DNA from: a virus
Lineage: Duplodnaviria > Heunggongvirae > Uroviricota > Caudoviricetes
Length of the DNA: 48,901 bases
Strand: one strand, 5' to 3'
IMG/VR virus record: IMGVR_UViG_3300045988_155985
This document shows positions 16,441 through 26,893 of the stretch, in pieces. Numbering within the stretch: the first letter of the stretch is position 1; every line of letters starts with the position of its first letter. The notes under the pieces are model-generated. The model searched no databases and had not been told where the DNA came from. It was given only the letters and a program-made list of their open reading frames with translations. Made by a program: the position numbers and the translations under genes.

Positions 16441-19233
16441 ATGGCCAGCAATAAGAACTTTAAGCTGGCTTTTGAAATTGGCGGCAAAGTTGCCGCCTCT
16501 CTCCCCAAAAGTTTTACTACAGCTAATCAGGCTGTTGCTAAATTAAATGCAGAGCTTGCTGGATTAACGAAAGAACATGGGGAAATTCAAAAGCTACAAT
16601 CTGTAAAAGTAAAGGTTGGACAGACTGCCCTCGAATATCATAAAGCTGCTGCTCGCGTTGAAGAGTTACAGAAGCAAATAAAAAACACGGCCAATCCAAC
16701 CAGAGCGATGCTTCGTGACTTTGAGAAGGCAAAAACACATTCATCAAATTTACGAGCATCACTACGTTCTCAGCGTGAAGAACTGGCCGCTTTAAAGTCT
16801 GCGTATCAGGGAGCTGATACATCTGCCAGAGCTTTAGCCTCAAGAGAGAAAGAGCTTAAAGCAAGCATTGATCGTAATCGTGAGGCTCAGGCCCGTAGCG
16901 TTGAGCAGGTTAACCGCTACAGAACGGCTTTGGCTTTAGCCAGAGCAAATGTTCAGCAAGTGAAAAAACAGCAGGAGGAACTTAACCGGGCATTAGAAAA
17001 ACAACGTATTGATAAAATTAACAGCTATAAAAATGCGTTGGCTGAAGCACGGAAAAATGTTCTTGCAGTAAAACGTGCTCAGGAGGAGTTAAACCGCGCG
17101 TTGGAAAGGCAGCGTGAATTGAAGCGAGAGCATCTTGGTGAGGCAAAGAGTCAACTTGTAAGGTCAGGATTACAAACTGGTGCTGTAGCGGCTGGTGCAT
17201 TTGCTGCTGCTAACAATGCAGCAAATTTCAATCGTGAAAACAAAATGATTGGTCTTACGGCAGATATGAAGCCGGAAGAAGTTCAGGCGATGGGGCAGGC
17301 GATGCTTGTTACCGGAACGGCCACCAACCAGTTTGCATCTGATATTCAGGCCGCTCAGGGTTTTCTTGTCGCTGCTGGGCAGGATTATAAAGAGGCTCAG
17401 GCGAATCTACTAACTATTGGGCGAACAGCTACAGCTACTGGCTCTGATATCCTCGATGTCTCGAAAGCATCATTTACATTAAGTGACTCATTGAAGATTG
17501 ATCCATCTCAAATGAAGTCTGCAATGGGGATTCTGGTTCAGGCAGGGAAAGAGGGGAACTTTGAATTTAAAGATATGGCCAAAAATCTTCCTGTGCTTGG
17601 TGCTCAGTTCCAGGCATTAAAAATGGGAGGTAAAGAAGCCGCCGCGACGATGGGGGCAGCTTTGCAGATAGCTCGCAAAGGTGCTGCAACTTCGGATGAG
17701 GCTGCTAATAACATGAACAACTTTTTGGCGAAAATACTTTCCCCTGAAACACTAAAAAAAGCAAAGAAAAATTTCGGTGTAGATTTATATAAAATTGTCA
17801 CAACAGCGCAGAAAAAAGGGAAGAATCCATTCGAAGCTGCAATGCATTCTGTCATGAAAATGACTAAGAACGGAGATCAGAAGTTACTTGGTGAACTATT
17901 TGGCGATATGCAGGTTCAGAACTTTGTTCGTCCGATGATTCAAAACTGGAAGGAATACCAGAGAATCAAAGCAACATCTCTTGGGGCTGGAAGTGCTGTT
18001 ATTGACCGCGATTTTGCCAACATAACGAAAGACAATGCGGAGCGATTGAAACAATTACGTATTCAGGCTAGCAATGCATCATTAAGTTTTGGTCAGGCCT
18101 TGCAACCAGCTTTGAATGCCGCGCTTAGTGTTTTGGTTCCGCTGATTACAAAAATTAGTGAATTTGTAGCTAACAACCCCAATTTTGTGTCTCAGATTGT
18201 GATGGCGGCAGGTGCGTTTCTAACCATGAAAAGTGTGGTTATAGCGTGTAGGGTAGCTATGCTGGCTTTATCTGTAGCGACAAAGCTAACACCCTTCGGG
18301 TGGATTCAGATGGCTATATCTGCGCTGGTTGCCGCAGGAATATTGCTCTATCAGAATTGGGATAAGATCAGAGATTATGCTGTCAGAGTTTGGCCTTCTG
18401 TTAAGGAATATACAGTTAAATCATTTGAGGCTATAAAAAACTTTATCTTAAACTTTGACCTCAATGGATGGATTATATCTATGTTTGGTAAAGCATGGGA
18501 TTATCTTTCCAACATAAACTGGAGTTCGGCAGGAGTAAGAATTTACAGTACATTAATTAGTGCTTTTAAATGGATGTCTCCGCTTCCGTTCTTAATTAAA
18601 GCATTTAAACTTACAACAAATTACCTTTCTGGCATTAACTGGAGCGAAACAGGAAAGAAAATCATAGATACACTGGTATCTGTTTTTATGCGTTTTTCAC
18701 CAGTTGGATTCATTATAAGAGCATTCCAATCTGTAACGGCTTATTTATCTGGGATAAACTGGAGTGAGTCAGGTGCAAAAATAATTGAGACGTTAATCGC
18801 TGGGATAAAATCAAAAGCAAATGCTTTAATTAATGAAGTGAAAGGCGTTTTTTCTTCTGTACGTGAGTATTTACCGTTCTCTGACGCGAAAAAAGGTCCA
18901 TTCTCACAGCTAACAAAGTCAGGTGGTGCAATAATGACTACTCTGGCATCAGGTGTTAGCAGAAATAACAGCTTACAGAATGCAATAGCAACCAAGTTCG
19001 GGCAATCAAATTTATCACCTCACGGGATATCTGCCGCCGGGACTTCTGGACCTCGCCAGAACGTTAACGCTGTGACTGGTGGAATAACCTATTCACCTGT
19101 AATCAATCTTCCGGCTGGTTCACCAAAGGAAACTGAGGCGGCAGCTAAAAGAGCATTAGATGCGGGATATTCTGATTTTGAGAAGAAATTGAGTGCTCAT
19201 ATGTTCCAACAACGGAGATTAAGTTTTGGATGA
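16441..19233 (+). CDS. tail tape measure protein
   Basis: 930 aa; N-terminal coiled-coil-like repeats, central Ala/Gly-rich and hydrophobic segments. Confidence 0.85.
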   Translation: MASNKNFKLAFEIGGKVAASLPKSFTTANQAVAKLNAELAGLTKEHGEIQKLQSVKVKVGQTALEYHKAAARVEELQKQIKNTANPTRAMLRDFEKAKTHSSNLRASLRSQREELAALKSAYQGADTSARALASREKELKASIDRNREAQARSVEQVNRYRTALALARANVQQVKKQQEELNRALEKQRIDKINSYKNALAEARKNVLAVKRAQEELNRALERQRELKREHLGEAKSQLVRSGLQTGAVAAGAFAAANNAANFNRENKMIGLTADMKPEEVQAMGQAMLVTGTATNQFASDIQAAQGFLVAAGQDYKEAQANLLTIGRTATATGSDILDVSKASFTLSDSLKIDPSQMKSAMGILVQAGKEGNFEFKDMAKNLPVLGAQFQALKMGGKEAAATMGAALQIARKGAATSDEAANNMNNFLAKILSPETLKKAKKNFGVDLYKIVTTAQKKGKNPFEAAMHSVMKMTKNGDQKLLGELFGDMQVQNFVRPMIQNWKEYQRIKATSLGAGSAVIDRDFANITKDNAERLKQLRIQASNASLSFGQALQPALNAALSVLVPLITKISEFVANNPNFVSQIVMAAGAFLTMKSVVIACRVAMLALSVATKLTPFGWIQMAISALVAAGILLYQNWDKIRDYAVRVWPSVKEYTVKSFEAIKNFILNFDLNGWIISMFGKAWDYLSNINWSSAGVRIYSTLISAFKWMSPLPFLIKAFKLTTNYLSGINWSETGKKIIDTLVSVFMRFSPVGFIIRAFQSVTAYLSGINWSESGAKIIETLIAGIKSKANALINEVKGVFSSVREYLPFSDAKKGPFSQLTKSGGAIMTTLASGVSRNNSLQNAIATKFGQSNLSPHGISAAGTSGPRQNVNAVTGGITYSPVINLPAGSPKETEAAAKRALDAGYSDFEKKLSAHMFQQRRLSFG
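18511..18810 (+). repeat. tandem 120-bp repeats (about 2.5 copies) inside the tape measure gene
   Basis: AACTGGAG recurs at 18517, 18637 and 18757; protein motif INWSxxG repeated. Confidence 0.6.
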
Positions 19234-19444
19234 TTATAGAACGGTTCAAGGGGACTCATGGGATAGTATCGCGTTAAAGTTGTATGGTAATGAGTACCTG
19301 TCTTATCTTCTTATTGATGCTAATACTGAGCACCGATTCACGGTGCTTTTTTCTGCGGGAATTATTCTTAAAGTTCCTGATGCTCCGGTTATGCCAATAT
19401 CAGTAAACAATTTGCCTCCGTGGAGACGCAATAGTGTTACGTAA
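19226..19444 (+). CDS. small tail protein, P2 gpX-like (LysM-like)
   Basis: 72 aa directly after tape measure; TTG start. Confidence 0.5.
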   Translation: MDDYRTVQGDSWDSIALKLYGNEYLSYLLIDANTEHRFTVLFSAGIILKVPDAPVMPISVNNLPPWRRNSVT

Positions 19445-20435
19445 AACGCTTTTTGATGTTATATATCAGAATGTAAATATTACCGCTCATATGTCACCTG
19501 ATGTTTTGTCAATGTCTTATACAGATAATGAAGATGGTCAGGTCGATGATATTTCTATTATATTAAAAAATGATGATGGGAAATGGTCTGGAGACTGGAC
19601 ACCTAAAAAGGGTGATTTTATTGATTTGAGCTTTAAGCCTATAAATCAAATCGTCCTTGAGTGCGGGAAATTCCAGGTAGATGGCATAACTTGCTCTGGA
19701 CCACCTTCTGTTGTTGAGGTAACTGCTGTTTCTGTTCCTGTTTCATCAGGCATTAGACGTGATTTAAAAAGTAATGCATGGGAAAAAACAACTCTTAAAG
19801 ATATAGCAACTTCTATAGCTAAATTAGCTAACCTTGAACTGTTGTTTCTTATTGATGGTGATAGTAATCCATATTATGCGCGTGAAGATCAAATGGAGGA
19901 AAGCGATTTAAAATTTCTCCATCGACTTTGCCAGGATGAAGGGTTGTCGTTAAAGGTCACTGATAGCCAATTAATAATATTTGCTCAAGAGATGTTTGAG
20001 CAAAAAGATCCTATTGCTACGCTTACGTTAGGTATTGATGAGATAATCAGATATAGCTTTAGCACACAATCTACAGATTTGTATAAAAGTTGCACGTGCA
20101 AATATCGCGTACCTAAAAAAAGAAAGTCGCTTTCGTATACTTGGGTAGATCCATCCGTAGAAGAAGGGTCGAATCTTAAGATAAGAAAACTGGTAGCTAA
20201 TTTAGATGAAGCAAAACGTAAGGCAAAGGCTGCTTTGCGGCTTAAAAATAGATATCAAAATACAGGATCTTTAGTATTGGTTGGAGACACCAGATTGGTT
20301 GCTGGTGTAACTATAAATCTGGACGGATTCGGTTCATTTTCTGGAAAATATCTTATATCGAAAGCTGTGCATTCAATTGGGGCTAGTGGTTATACCACCT
20401 CGATTGATGTCCGAAGAGTAATTAATGGGTATTAA
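19434..20435 (+). CDS. tail protein, P2 gpD-like
   Basis: 333 aa; synteny X-D-V-W-J-I-H-G. Confidence 0.65.
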   Translation: MLRKTLFDVIYQNVNITAHMSPDVLSMSYTDNEDGQVDDISIILKNDDGKWSGDWTPKKGDFIDLSFKPINQIVLECGKFQVDGITCSGPPSVVEVTAVSVPVSSGIRRDLKSNAWEKTTLKDIATSIAKLANLELLFLIDGDSNPYYAREDQMEESDLKFLHRLCQDEGLSLKVTDSQLIIFAQEMFEQKDPIATLTLGIDEIIRYSFSTQSTDLYKSCTCKYRVPKKRKSLSYTWVDPSVEEGSNLKIRKLVANLDEAKRKAKAALRLKNRYQNTGSLVLVGDTRLVAGVTINLDGFGSFSGKYLISKAVHSIGASGYTTSIDVRRVINGY

Positions 20436-20437
20436 TT

Positions 20438-21058
20438 ATGAATGATTTAGAAACATTATTACGTCAGACAATAAGAGTTGGCGTTGTTTCTGATATTGAT
20501 GATGGTGATGTTACAGCAAGAGTTACTTTCGATGATCAGGATAACGTCACTTCGGCAAAGTTATCAGTTATTGTGAAAAATACGGATAAGAATGCTGATT
20601 ACTGGATGCCAGATATTGGTGAGCAAGTTTTGTGTATCTTTCATCCCGCAGGGCCGCAACAAGGTTTTATTCTTGGTAGTTTTTATGATGAAACACAGAA
20701 GCCGCCATCTAATACGGTTAATAAACGCGTCATTAGATTTAATAACGGAACTCGTATTGAGGTAGACAGAGAATCTAATTTACTCCTTGTTGATGCTGTC
20801 GGAGATGTAACCGTTAAGGCTACAGGAACTGTAACTATTGATGCTCCAGAAACCATCATTACCGGAAATGCTACAGTTGAAGGATTACTAACCTTCAAAG
20901 GTGGAATGAAAGGATCTTCTGCTGGAGGTGTTGCAGCTACAATTTCTGGGGATGTTAAGGTTGTTGGTGGTGATATAGATGTTGATGGGATTAAATCTAA
21001 AGGCCACCATCACACAGCTCAGGGGGAATACGCTCCGACAACGGAGGCTCAGGCATGA
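20438..21058 (+). CDS. baseplate spike/hub protein, gpV-like
   Basis: 206 aa; C-terminal Gly-rich beta-helix-like segment. Confidence 0.65.
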   Translation: MNDLETLLRQTIRVGVVSDIDDGDVTARVTFDDQDNVTSAKLSVIVKNTDKNADYWMPDIGEQVLCIFHPAGPQQGFILGSFYDETQKPPSNTVNKRVIRFNNGTRIEVDRESNLLLVDAVGDVTVKATGTVTIDAPETIITGNATVEGLLTFKGGMKGSSAGGVAATISGDVKVVGGDIDVDGIKSKGHHHTAQGEYAPTTEAQA

Positions 21059-21522
21059 TTGTGGGTATGCTTGGTACAATGCCTTTTGTTGCCTCATCAA
21101 TAGTGGTGAATACGTTCAACAATTTTAAAAGGACGTCAAAGCGTCGTGTAGCGCGTCATGATGTTATTGGGCTTAAACCTGTTCTGGAGGATATAGGTCC
21201 AGATCTGGATGAAGTTAGTTTTAATATGCGGTTGGATACAACACTTGGCATTGTTCCATTGGCTGCGCTTTCATTACTTAGGACAATGCAATCAATTCAG
21301 GAAGTAAATCCTGTTGTAATTGGTATTCAGTATTTTGGTAATTTTATAATTACAGATATAGAGGAATCATGGACTTATTTCGGTCCAACTGGGAATCCAC
21401 GAGTGATAATCGTCGGCATTAAATTACAGGAAGTCGGACAGACCTCTCTGAAAGAAGCATTAGTTGATATTGCTGGCAATATAGAGTCAAAAACTAGAAG
21501 TGCGTTAGGTAAATTATTATGA
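21055..21522 (+). CDS. tail/baseplate protein, unassigned
   Basis: 155 aa within baseplate operon; overlapping start. Confidence 0.4.
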   Translation: MIVGMLGTMPFVASSIVVNTFNNFKRTSKRRVARHDVIGLKPVLEDIGPDLDEVSFNMRLDTTLGIVPLAALSLLRTMQSIQEVNPVVIGIQYFGNFIITDIEESWTYFGPTGNPRVIIVGIKLQEVGQTSLKEALVDIAGNIESKTRSALGKLL

Positions 21523-21839
21523 ATAATACGTTTACCATATCATCACCTTCTTACTCGATTGATTGGTCGCCCAAAACAGTTGTAGAAGAAGTTTTGCAAA
21601 ATGTCTCTACTATTATTAATACTCAGATTGGCACTGTACCATATGCCAGAAAATTAGGAGTTAATTCAAGTCTTGTTGATAGCCCCAGCCCAATTTTTAT
21701 TGCTACAGCAACACGAGAAATAATTCAAAAAATTAGTGAGTTTGAGCCTAGAGCGATTATCCATTCTGTTACTTTTGAAAGAACGGACGTTTCTGATGGT
21801 TTTATTAGGCCAAAACTTGTGATAGGAGTTAGAGAATGA
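21519..21839 (+). CDS. baseplate wedge protein, gpW/gp25-like
   Basis: 106 aa directly before gpJ-like gene. Confidence 0.65.
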   Translation: MNNTFTISSPSYSIDWSPKTVVEEVLQNVSTIINTQIGTVPYARKLGVNSSLVDSPSPIFIATATREIIQKISEFEPRAIIHSVTFERTDVSDGFIRPKLVIGVRE

Positions 21840-22960
21840 CGTTGCCGCGCGGTGGTTTGCCAGATATTACTTTCGCAGATTCTAACCCGACTGATATAAC
21901 AACTCGTTCAATCAGGGCTTTTGAGAGTATAACAGGTGAAACATTAGCACCTGCTGATCCACGTAGATTATTCATCTTATCATTGTGTGAGATTATTATA
22001 CAGCAAAGAAAAGCTATCGATTTTTCTGCAAAACAAAACCTTCTTACATATGGTGAAGGTGAATATCTCGACCATATAGGCTATCTGACGGATACGCCTA
22101 GGCTGGAAGCTCAATCTGCCTTGACTACATTTGAGTTTAATCTGTCAACAAAATTATCGGGGATATATACAATACCTGCTGGCACTCAAATTTCAACTGG
22201 AAATAGTGTTATTTTCCAAACAGATGTTTTGTTGGAAATACCAGCTGGGAAAACAGTTGGTACAGTCTCAGGATATGCTGTTATACCTGGTTTATCGGGG
22301 AATGGCTTTTTACCAGGGCAAATAAATGAGTTGGTGACTCCATTGCCGTATGTTTCCAGCGTAAGGAATCTAACAACATCTAATTCTGGTGCTGATACAG
22401 AGTCAGATGATAATTATGCTGAAAGAATAAAACTTTCGCCGGAAAAACTATCTACAGCAGGGCCGGAGGATTCTTATAAATATTGGACAAGAACAGCCAA
22501 TCAGAATATAAAAGATGTGAATGTATATACACCATCGCCCGGAACTGTAGAAATCCGTTCTTTGTTAGAGAACGGAGATATACCTTCTGATGAATTATTA
22601 GAGCAGATAAATAGCGTTCTCTCTGCAACTAATATTCGACCATTCACAGATAAAGTTCTTGTTAAGAAACCAGAGAGCATTGAATACGATATAATAATTA
22701 AATACTGGATTAACTCATCGGACAAAAACAGAACAACTTTAATTCAAAGTGAGGTTGAGAAAGCTATTGATGAGTATAAACAATGGCAACGTTCGGTTAT
22801 GGGAAGAGATATAAATCCAGATGAAATTATTCAACGTTTAAAAAATGCTGGGGCTAAAAGATTAGAAATATCAAGTCCTGTATTTACTGTGGTTGGAGAG
22901 ACGCAGGTCGCCAGAGAGAGAAATATAAATTGCCAGTATGCGGGGTTAGAAGATGGCTGA
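21836..22960 (+). CDS. baseplate protein J-like
   Basis: 374 aa; synteny. Confidence 0.75.
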   Translation: MTLPRGGLPDITFADSNPTDITTRSIRAFESITGETLAPADPRRLFILSLCEIIIQQRKAIDFSAKQNLLTYGEGEYLDHIGYLTDTPRLEAQSALTTFEFNLSTKLSGIYTIPAGTQISTGNSVIFQTDVLLEIPAGKTVGTVSGYAVIPGLSGNGFLPGQINELVTPLPYVSSVRNLTTSNSGADTESDDNYAERIKLSPEKLSTAGPEDSYKYWTRTANQNIKDVNVYTPSPGTVEIRSLLENGDIPSDELLEQINSVLSATNIRPFTDKVLVKKPESIEYDIIIKYWINSSDKNRTTLIQSEVEKAIDEYKQWQRSVMGRDINPDEIIQRLKNAGAKRLEISSPVFTVVGETQVARERNINCQYAGLEDG

Positions 22961-23534
22961 TATCTTTAATGTTAGCTTGTTGGATGTTTTACCTCCTAAC
23001 TTAGCTAGAGATCCCAACGTGATAGCTATGTCGAAAGCTATCGATGATGAACTACAAGCAATTAACAATTTAATATATAAGACAGAAATATATAGCGTTG
23101 TTGATAACCTGGATTCAGTTGTTCTCGATCATTTAGCTTGGCAATGGAATGCTGATACATGGAGGGATAGTTGGCCTGTATCGTTAAAGCGTTCTGTTTT
23201 TAAATCAATAATACGAACAAAGCGAATAAAGGGTACAAGGGCAGCGGTTGAAGATGTAGTAAATAGCTTGGGTGGAGAGGTAAACATAACAGAATGGTTT
23301 GAAACATCACCACCTGGCGAACCATATACAGCCTCAATTGTTGCTTCGATTAACTCTTTTGATGGTGCCGTTCCTTCGAAAGAGATGTTGGAAGATACGT
23401 TAAGAAGTATCAAGAGCGCAAAGTCGGCAAGAACATTATTTACATTTTCGCAAGCAGCCAATGTTTCTGGTGGTGTCGGTATTGTTGGTGCTTGTCAGCC
23501 TGTGTCTTATGTACGATTAATTGGCGAGTGCTAA
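22953..23534 (+). CDS. tail protein I-like
   Basis: 193 aa between J and tail fibre. Confidence 0.6.
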   Translation: MADIFNVSLLDVLPPNLARDPNVIAMSKAIDDELQAINNLIYKTEIYSVVDNLDSVVLDHLAWQWNADTWRDSWPVSLKRSVFKSIIRTKRIKGTRAAVEDVVNSLGGEVNITEWFETSPPGEPYTASIVASINSFDGAVPSKEMLEDTLRSIKSAKSARTLFTFSQAANVSGGVGIVGACQPVSYVRLIGEC

Positions 23535-23564
23535 TTCGCAATTTGTTAATTCAAGGAATTAAAC

Positions 23565-25799
23565 GTGAGTAAATTATTATTTACGATGACTGACGCCGGG
23601 CGTCAGGAGCTGGTTAATGCCAACAAAACAGGAACAAATAAAGTTGAGATTGTTTCTGTTGGTTTAGGTAGTAGATATTATGTCACGTCAACTTCACAAA
23701 CAAATATAACAAACGAAATAAAACGACTTACCACAATAGGTGGCAAAGTTGTTTCCCCTGATACAATTCATGTAACAGCGAAGGATGATAGTAAAGATGA
23801 GTATGTTGTCCATACAATAGGATTGTATACGAATAAGGGTACGTTGTTTGCTGTATACTCACAAGAACAAGCAATAATAAATAAAGCATCATCTACTATC
23901 GCTTTAATATCAAGTGATATAGCAATTAAAACTCTTGATACTAAAAATATTACATTTGGTGATATTGAGTTTATTAATCCTCCCGCGACCGAAACTGTTG
24001 TTGGGGTGGCAAGATTTGCTAATGAACAAGAAATTGATGCAGGTACAGATGATTCCCTTGCTGTTTCAGCAAAGCGGCTTAAGCAAGCCATTGTGAAACA
24101 TGAGCAATCACGTAATCATCCTGATGCAACTTTAACCTCAAAAGGCTTTGTTCAACTTAGCAGCGCCACCAATAGCACGTCTGAAACGCTTGCTGCGACG
24201 CCTAAGGCTGTTAAGGCAGCATATGACCTTGCTAACGCTAAATACACCGCACAGGACGCTACCACAGCGCGAAAAGGGATTGTTCAGCTCAGTAGTGCCA
24301 CCAACAGCACGTCTGAAACGCTAGCAGCAACACCAAAGGCTGTTAAGGCAGCGTATGATCTTGCGGTCGGAAAGGCTCCGTCCAATCACACGCATTCGTG
24401 GGAGCAGATAACAAATGTGCCTGTAGCTTCACTGACTGTAAGGGGAATAACTCAGCTCAGTAGTGCCACTAACAGCACGTCTGAAACGCTGGCTGCGACA
24501 CCAAAAGCTGTTAAGGCGGTAATGGATGAAACGAACAAGAAAGCGCCCTTAAACAGTCCTGCGCTGACCGGAACACCAACAACACCAACTGCGCCAAAAG
24601 GTACTAACAATACTCAGATCGCAAGCACGGCTTATGTTATGGCTGCGATCGCTGCCCTCGTGGACTCGTCGCCTGACGCACTGAATACGCTGAACGAGCT
24701 GGCTGCGGCGTTGGGCAACGACCCGAATTTTGCGACCACCATGACTAACGCGCTTGCGGGTAAGCAACCGAAAGATGCCACCCTGACGGCGCTGGCCGGG
24801 CTTGCTACTGCGGCAGACAGGTTTCCGTATTTTACGGGGAATGATGTTGCCAGTCTGGCAACCCTGACAAAAGTTGGGCGGGATATTCTTGCGAAATCGA
24901 CCGTTGCCGCCGTTATCGAATACCTCGGTTTGCAGGAAACGGTAAACAGGGCTGGTAACGCCGTGCAAAAAAATGGCGATACCTTGTCCGGTGGGCTTAC
25001 TTTTGAAAATGACTCAATCCTTGCTTGGATTCGAAATACTGACTGGGCGAAGATTGGATTTAAAAATGATGCCGATGGTGACACTGATTCATACATGTGG
25101 TTTGAAACAGGCGACAACGGCAATGAATATTTCAAATGGAGAAGCAAACAAAGCACCACAACAAAAGACCTGATGACGCTGAAATGGGATGCACTAAATA
25201 TTCTTGTTAATGCCGTCATTAATGGCAGCCTTGGAGTTGGTACGACGAATGCGTTAGGTGGTAGCTCTATTGTTCTTGGTGATAATGATACCGGATTTAA
25301 ACAGAATGGAGACGGTATTCTTGATGTTTACGCTAATAGTCAGCGAGTATTCCGCTTTCAGAATGGAGTTGCTATTGCTTTTAAAAACATTCAGGCAGGT
25401 GATAGTAAAAAATTCTCGCTATCCAGCTCCAACACCTCCACAAAGAATGTAACGTTTAATTTATGGGGTGCTTCAACCCGTCCAGTAGTTGCAGAGTTAG
25501 GCGATGAGGCAGGATGGCATTTCTATAGCCAGCGAAATACAGATAACTCGGTAATATTTTCTGTTAACGGTCAGATACAGCCCAGCAACTGGGGGAATTT
25601 TGATTCACGCTATGTAAAAGATGTTCGCCTGGGTACGCGAGTTGTTCAATTGATGGCGCGTGGTGGTCGTTATGAAAAAGCCGGACACGCAATTACCGGA
25701 TTAAGAATCATTGGTGAAGTAGATGGCGATGATGAAGCCATCTTCAGACCAATACAAAAATACATCAATGGCACATGGTATAACGTCGCACAGGTGTAA
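23565..25799 (+). CDS. tail fibre protein: constant N-terminal part plus variable C-terminal part in the currently expressed orientation
   Basis: 744 aa; GTG start after AAGGAA; internal fibre repeats; crossover site at 24923-24946 lies inside the gene. Confidence 0.8.
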   Translation: MSKLLFTMTDAGRQELVNANKTGTNKVEIVSVGLGSRYYVTSTSQTNITNEIKRLTTIGGKVVSPDTIHVTAKDDSKDEYVVHTIGLYTNKGTLFAVYSQEQAIINKASSTIALISSDIAIKTLDTKNITFGDIEFINPPATETVVGVARFANEQEIDAGTDDSLAVSAKRLKQAIVKHEQSRNHPDATLTSKGFVQLSSATNSTSETLAATPKAVKAAYDLANAKYTAQDATTARKGIVQLSSATNSTSETLAATPKAVKAAYDLAVGKAPSNHTHSWEQITNVPVASLTVRGITQLSSATNSTSETLAATPKAVKAVMDETNKKAPLNSPALTGTPTTPTAPKGTNNTQIASTAYVMAAIAALVDSSPDALNTLNELAAALGNDPNFATTMTNALAGKQPKDATLTALAGLATAADRFPYFTGNDVASLATLTKVGRDILAKSTVAAVIEYLGLQETVNRAGNAVQKNGDTLSGGLTFENDSILAWIRNTDWAKIGFKNDADGDTDSYMWFETGDNGNEYFKWRSKQSTTTKDLMTLKWDALNILVNAVINGSLGVGTTNALGGSSIVLGDNDTGFKQNGDGILDVYANSQRVFRFQNGVAIAFKNIQAGDSKKFSLSSSNTSTKNVTFNLWGASTRPVVAELGDEAGWHFYSQRNTDNSVIFSVNGQIQPSNWGNFDSRYVKDVRLGTRVVQLMARGGRYEKAGHAITGLRIIGEVDGDDEAIFRPIQKYINGTWYNVAQV
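24145..24530 (+). repeat. three imperfect direct repeats of about 78 bp inside the tail fibre gene
   Basis: Repeated peptide QLSSATNSTSETLAATPKAVKA; copies at about 24151, 24283 and 24451. Confidence 0.6.
24923..24946. repeat. left inverted repeat / recombination site of the invertible segment
   Basis: CCTCGGTTTGCAGGAAACGGTAAA; exact reverse complement at 27888-27911; core resembles gix/cix sites as recalled. Confidence 0.7.
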
Positions 25800-25802
25800 A
25801 TT

Positions 25803-26336
25803 ATGCAGCATTTAAAAAATATTAAGTCAGGAAATCCAAAAACAAAAGAGCAATATCAGCTAACAAAGAATTTTGATGTTATCTGGTTATGGTCCGAAGA
25901 CGGTAAAAACTGGTATGAAGAACAAAAGAACTTTCAGGAAAACACAATAAAGCTAGCTTACACAGCAGAGGGAATTATTGTTGCTATTGATAAGGATGTA
26001 TCGGCAATTAATCCAGAAGGTTTAAGCGTTGTTGAGTTGCCTGATATAACGGCCAATAGACGGGCTGATATTTCGGGTAACTGGATGTTCAAAGATGGCG
26101 CGGTGATAAAGCGAACTTATACCGAGGAGGAACAGAGGCAGCAGGCAGAGAATGAAAAGCAAAGCCTGTTGCAACTTGTCAGGGATAAAACCCAGCTATG
26201 GGACTCACAGCTACGGCTGGGTATCATTTCCGACGAGAATAAACTAAAATTAACCGAGTGGATGCTCTATGCGCAGAAAGTCGAATCTACAGACACCTCC
26301 AGCCTGCCAGTAACGTTTCCCGAACAACCAGAATGA
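25803..26336 (+). CDS. tail fibre assembly protein (expressed orientation)
   Basis: 177 aa; N-terminus [14 protein letters not shown] shared with the minus-strand paralog. Confidence 0.75.
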   Translation: MQHLKNIKSGNPKTKEQYQLTKNFDVIWLWSEDGKNWYEEQKNFQENTIKLAYTAEGIIVAIDKDVSAINPEGLSVVELPDITANRRADISGNWMFKDGAVIKRTYTEEEQRQQAENEKQSLLQLVRDKTQLWDSQLRLGIISDENKLKLTEWMLYAQKVESTDTSSLPVTFPEQPE

Positions 26337-26364
26337 GACAAGGCCCGCTATCGGGCCTTAATTT

Positions 26365-26892
26365 TTATTCAGGCTTTTGTGGCCATTCAGGATTTGCCGT
26401 ATCCACACGGCTGACCAGAACACTGTAGCGTTCCCATGATTCCAGTCGTGCGCGTTCCTCATCCGTCGCCATATTCAGCCTGACAGCGCGCTCCAGTGGC
26501 TGAATAACGCTTTCTGCTTCGGAAAGTAACGCGGCCTTTTGTGATTCGGCCTGTTGTTGCTGTTCGTCAGCCGTATAAATCCGTTTAACCACAGCTCCGT
26601 CCTTAAACATCCACTTACCGGAATCATCGGCCCGACGATTGGTTGTTATATCGGGAACCTCAACGACGCTAAAACCTTCAGGGTTAAGCGTGGATGCATC
26701 TTTGGTGATGGCGACAATAATATTATTTTCATCGTAAACAATCTTTATGGTGTCTGGCTGAAAGTTTTTCACTTCCTCATACCAGTTTTTTCCGTCCTCA
26801 GAGTAAAGCCAGATAACTCCGTGTTTCTTTGTTAACTCATACTGTTCCAGTGTTTTAGCGTTACCCGCTTTTATGTTCTTTAAGTGCATCAT
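26365..26892 (-). CDS. alternative tail fibre assembly protein (silent orientation)
   Basis: 175 aa; paralogous N-terminus [14 protein letters not shown]; convergent to 25803-26336. Confidence 0.75.
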   Translation of the reverse strand: MMHLKNIKAGNAKTLEQYELTKKHGVIWLYSEDGKNWYEEVKNFQPDTIKIVYDENNIIVAITKDASTLNPEGFSVVEVPDITTNRRADDSGKWMFKDGAVVKRIYTADEQQQQAESQKAALLSEAESVIQPLERAVRLNMATDEERARLESWERYSVLVSRVDTANPEWPQKPE

Positions 26893-26893
26893 A

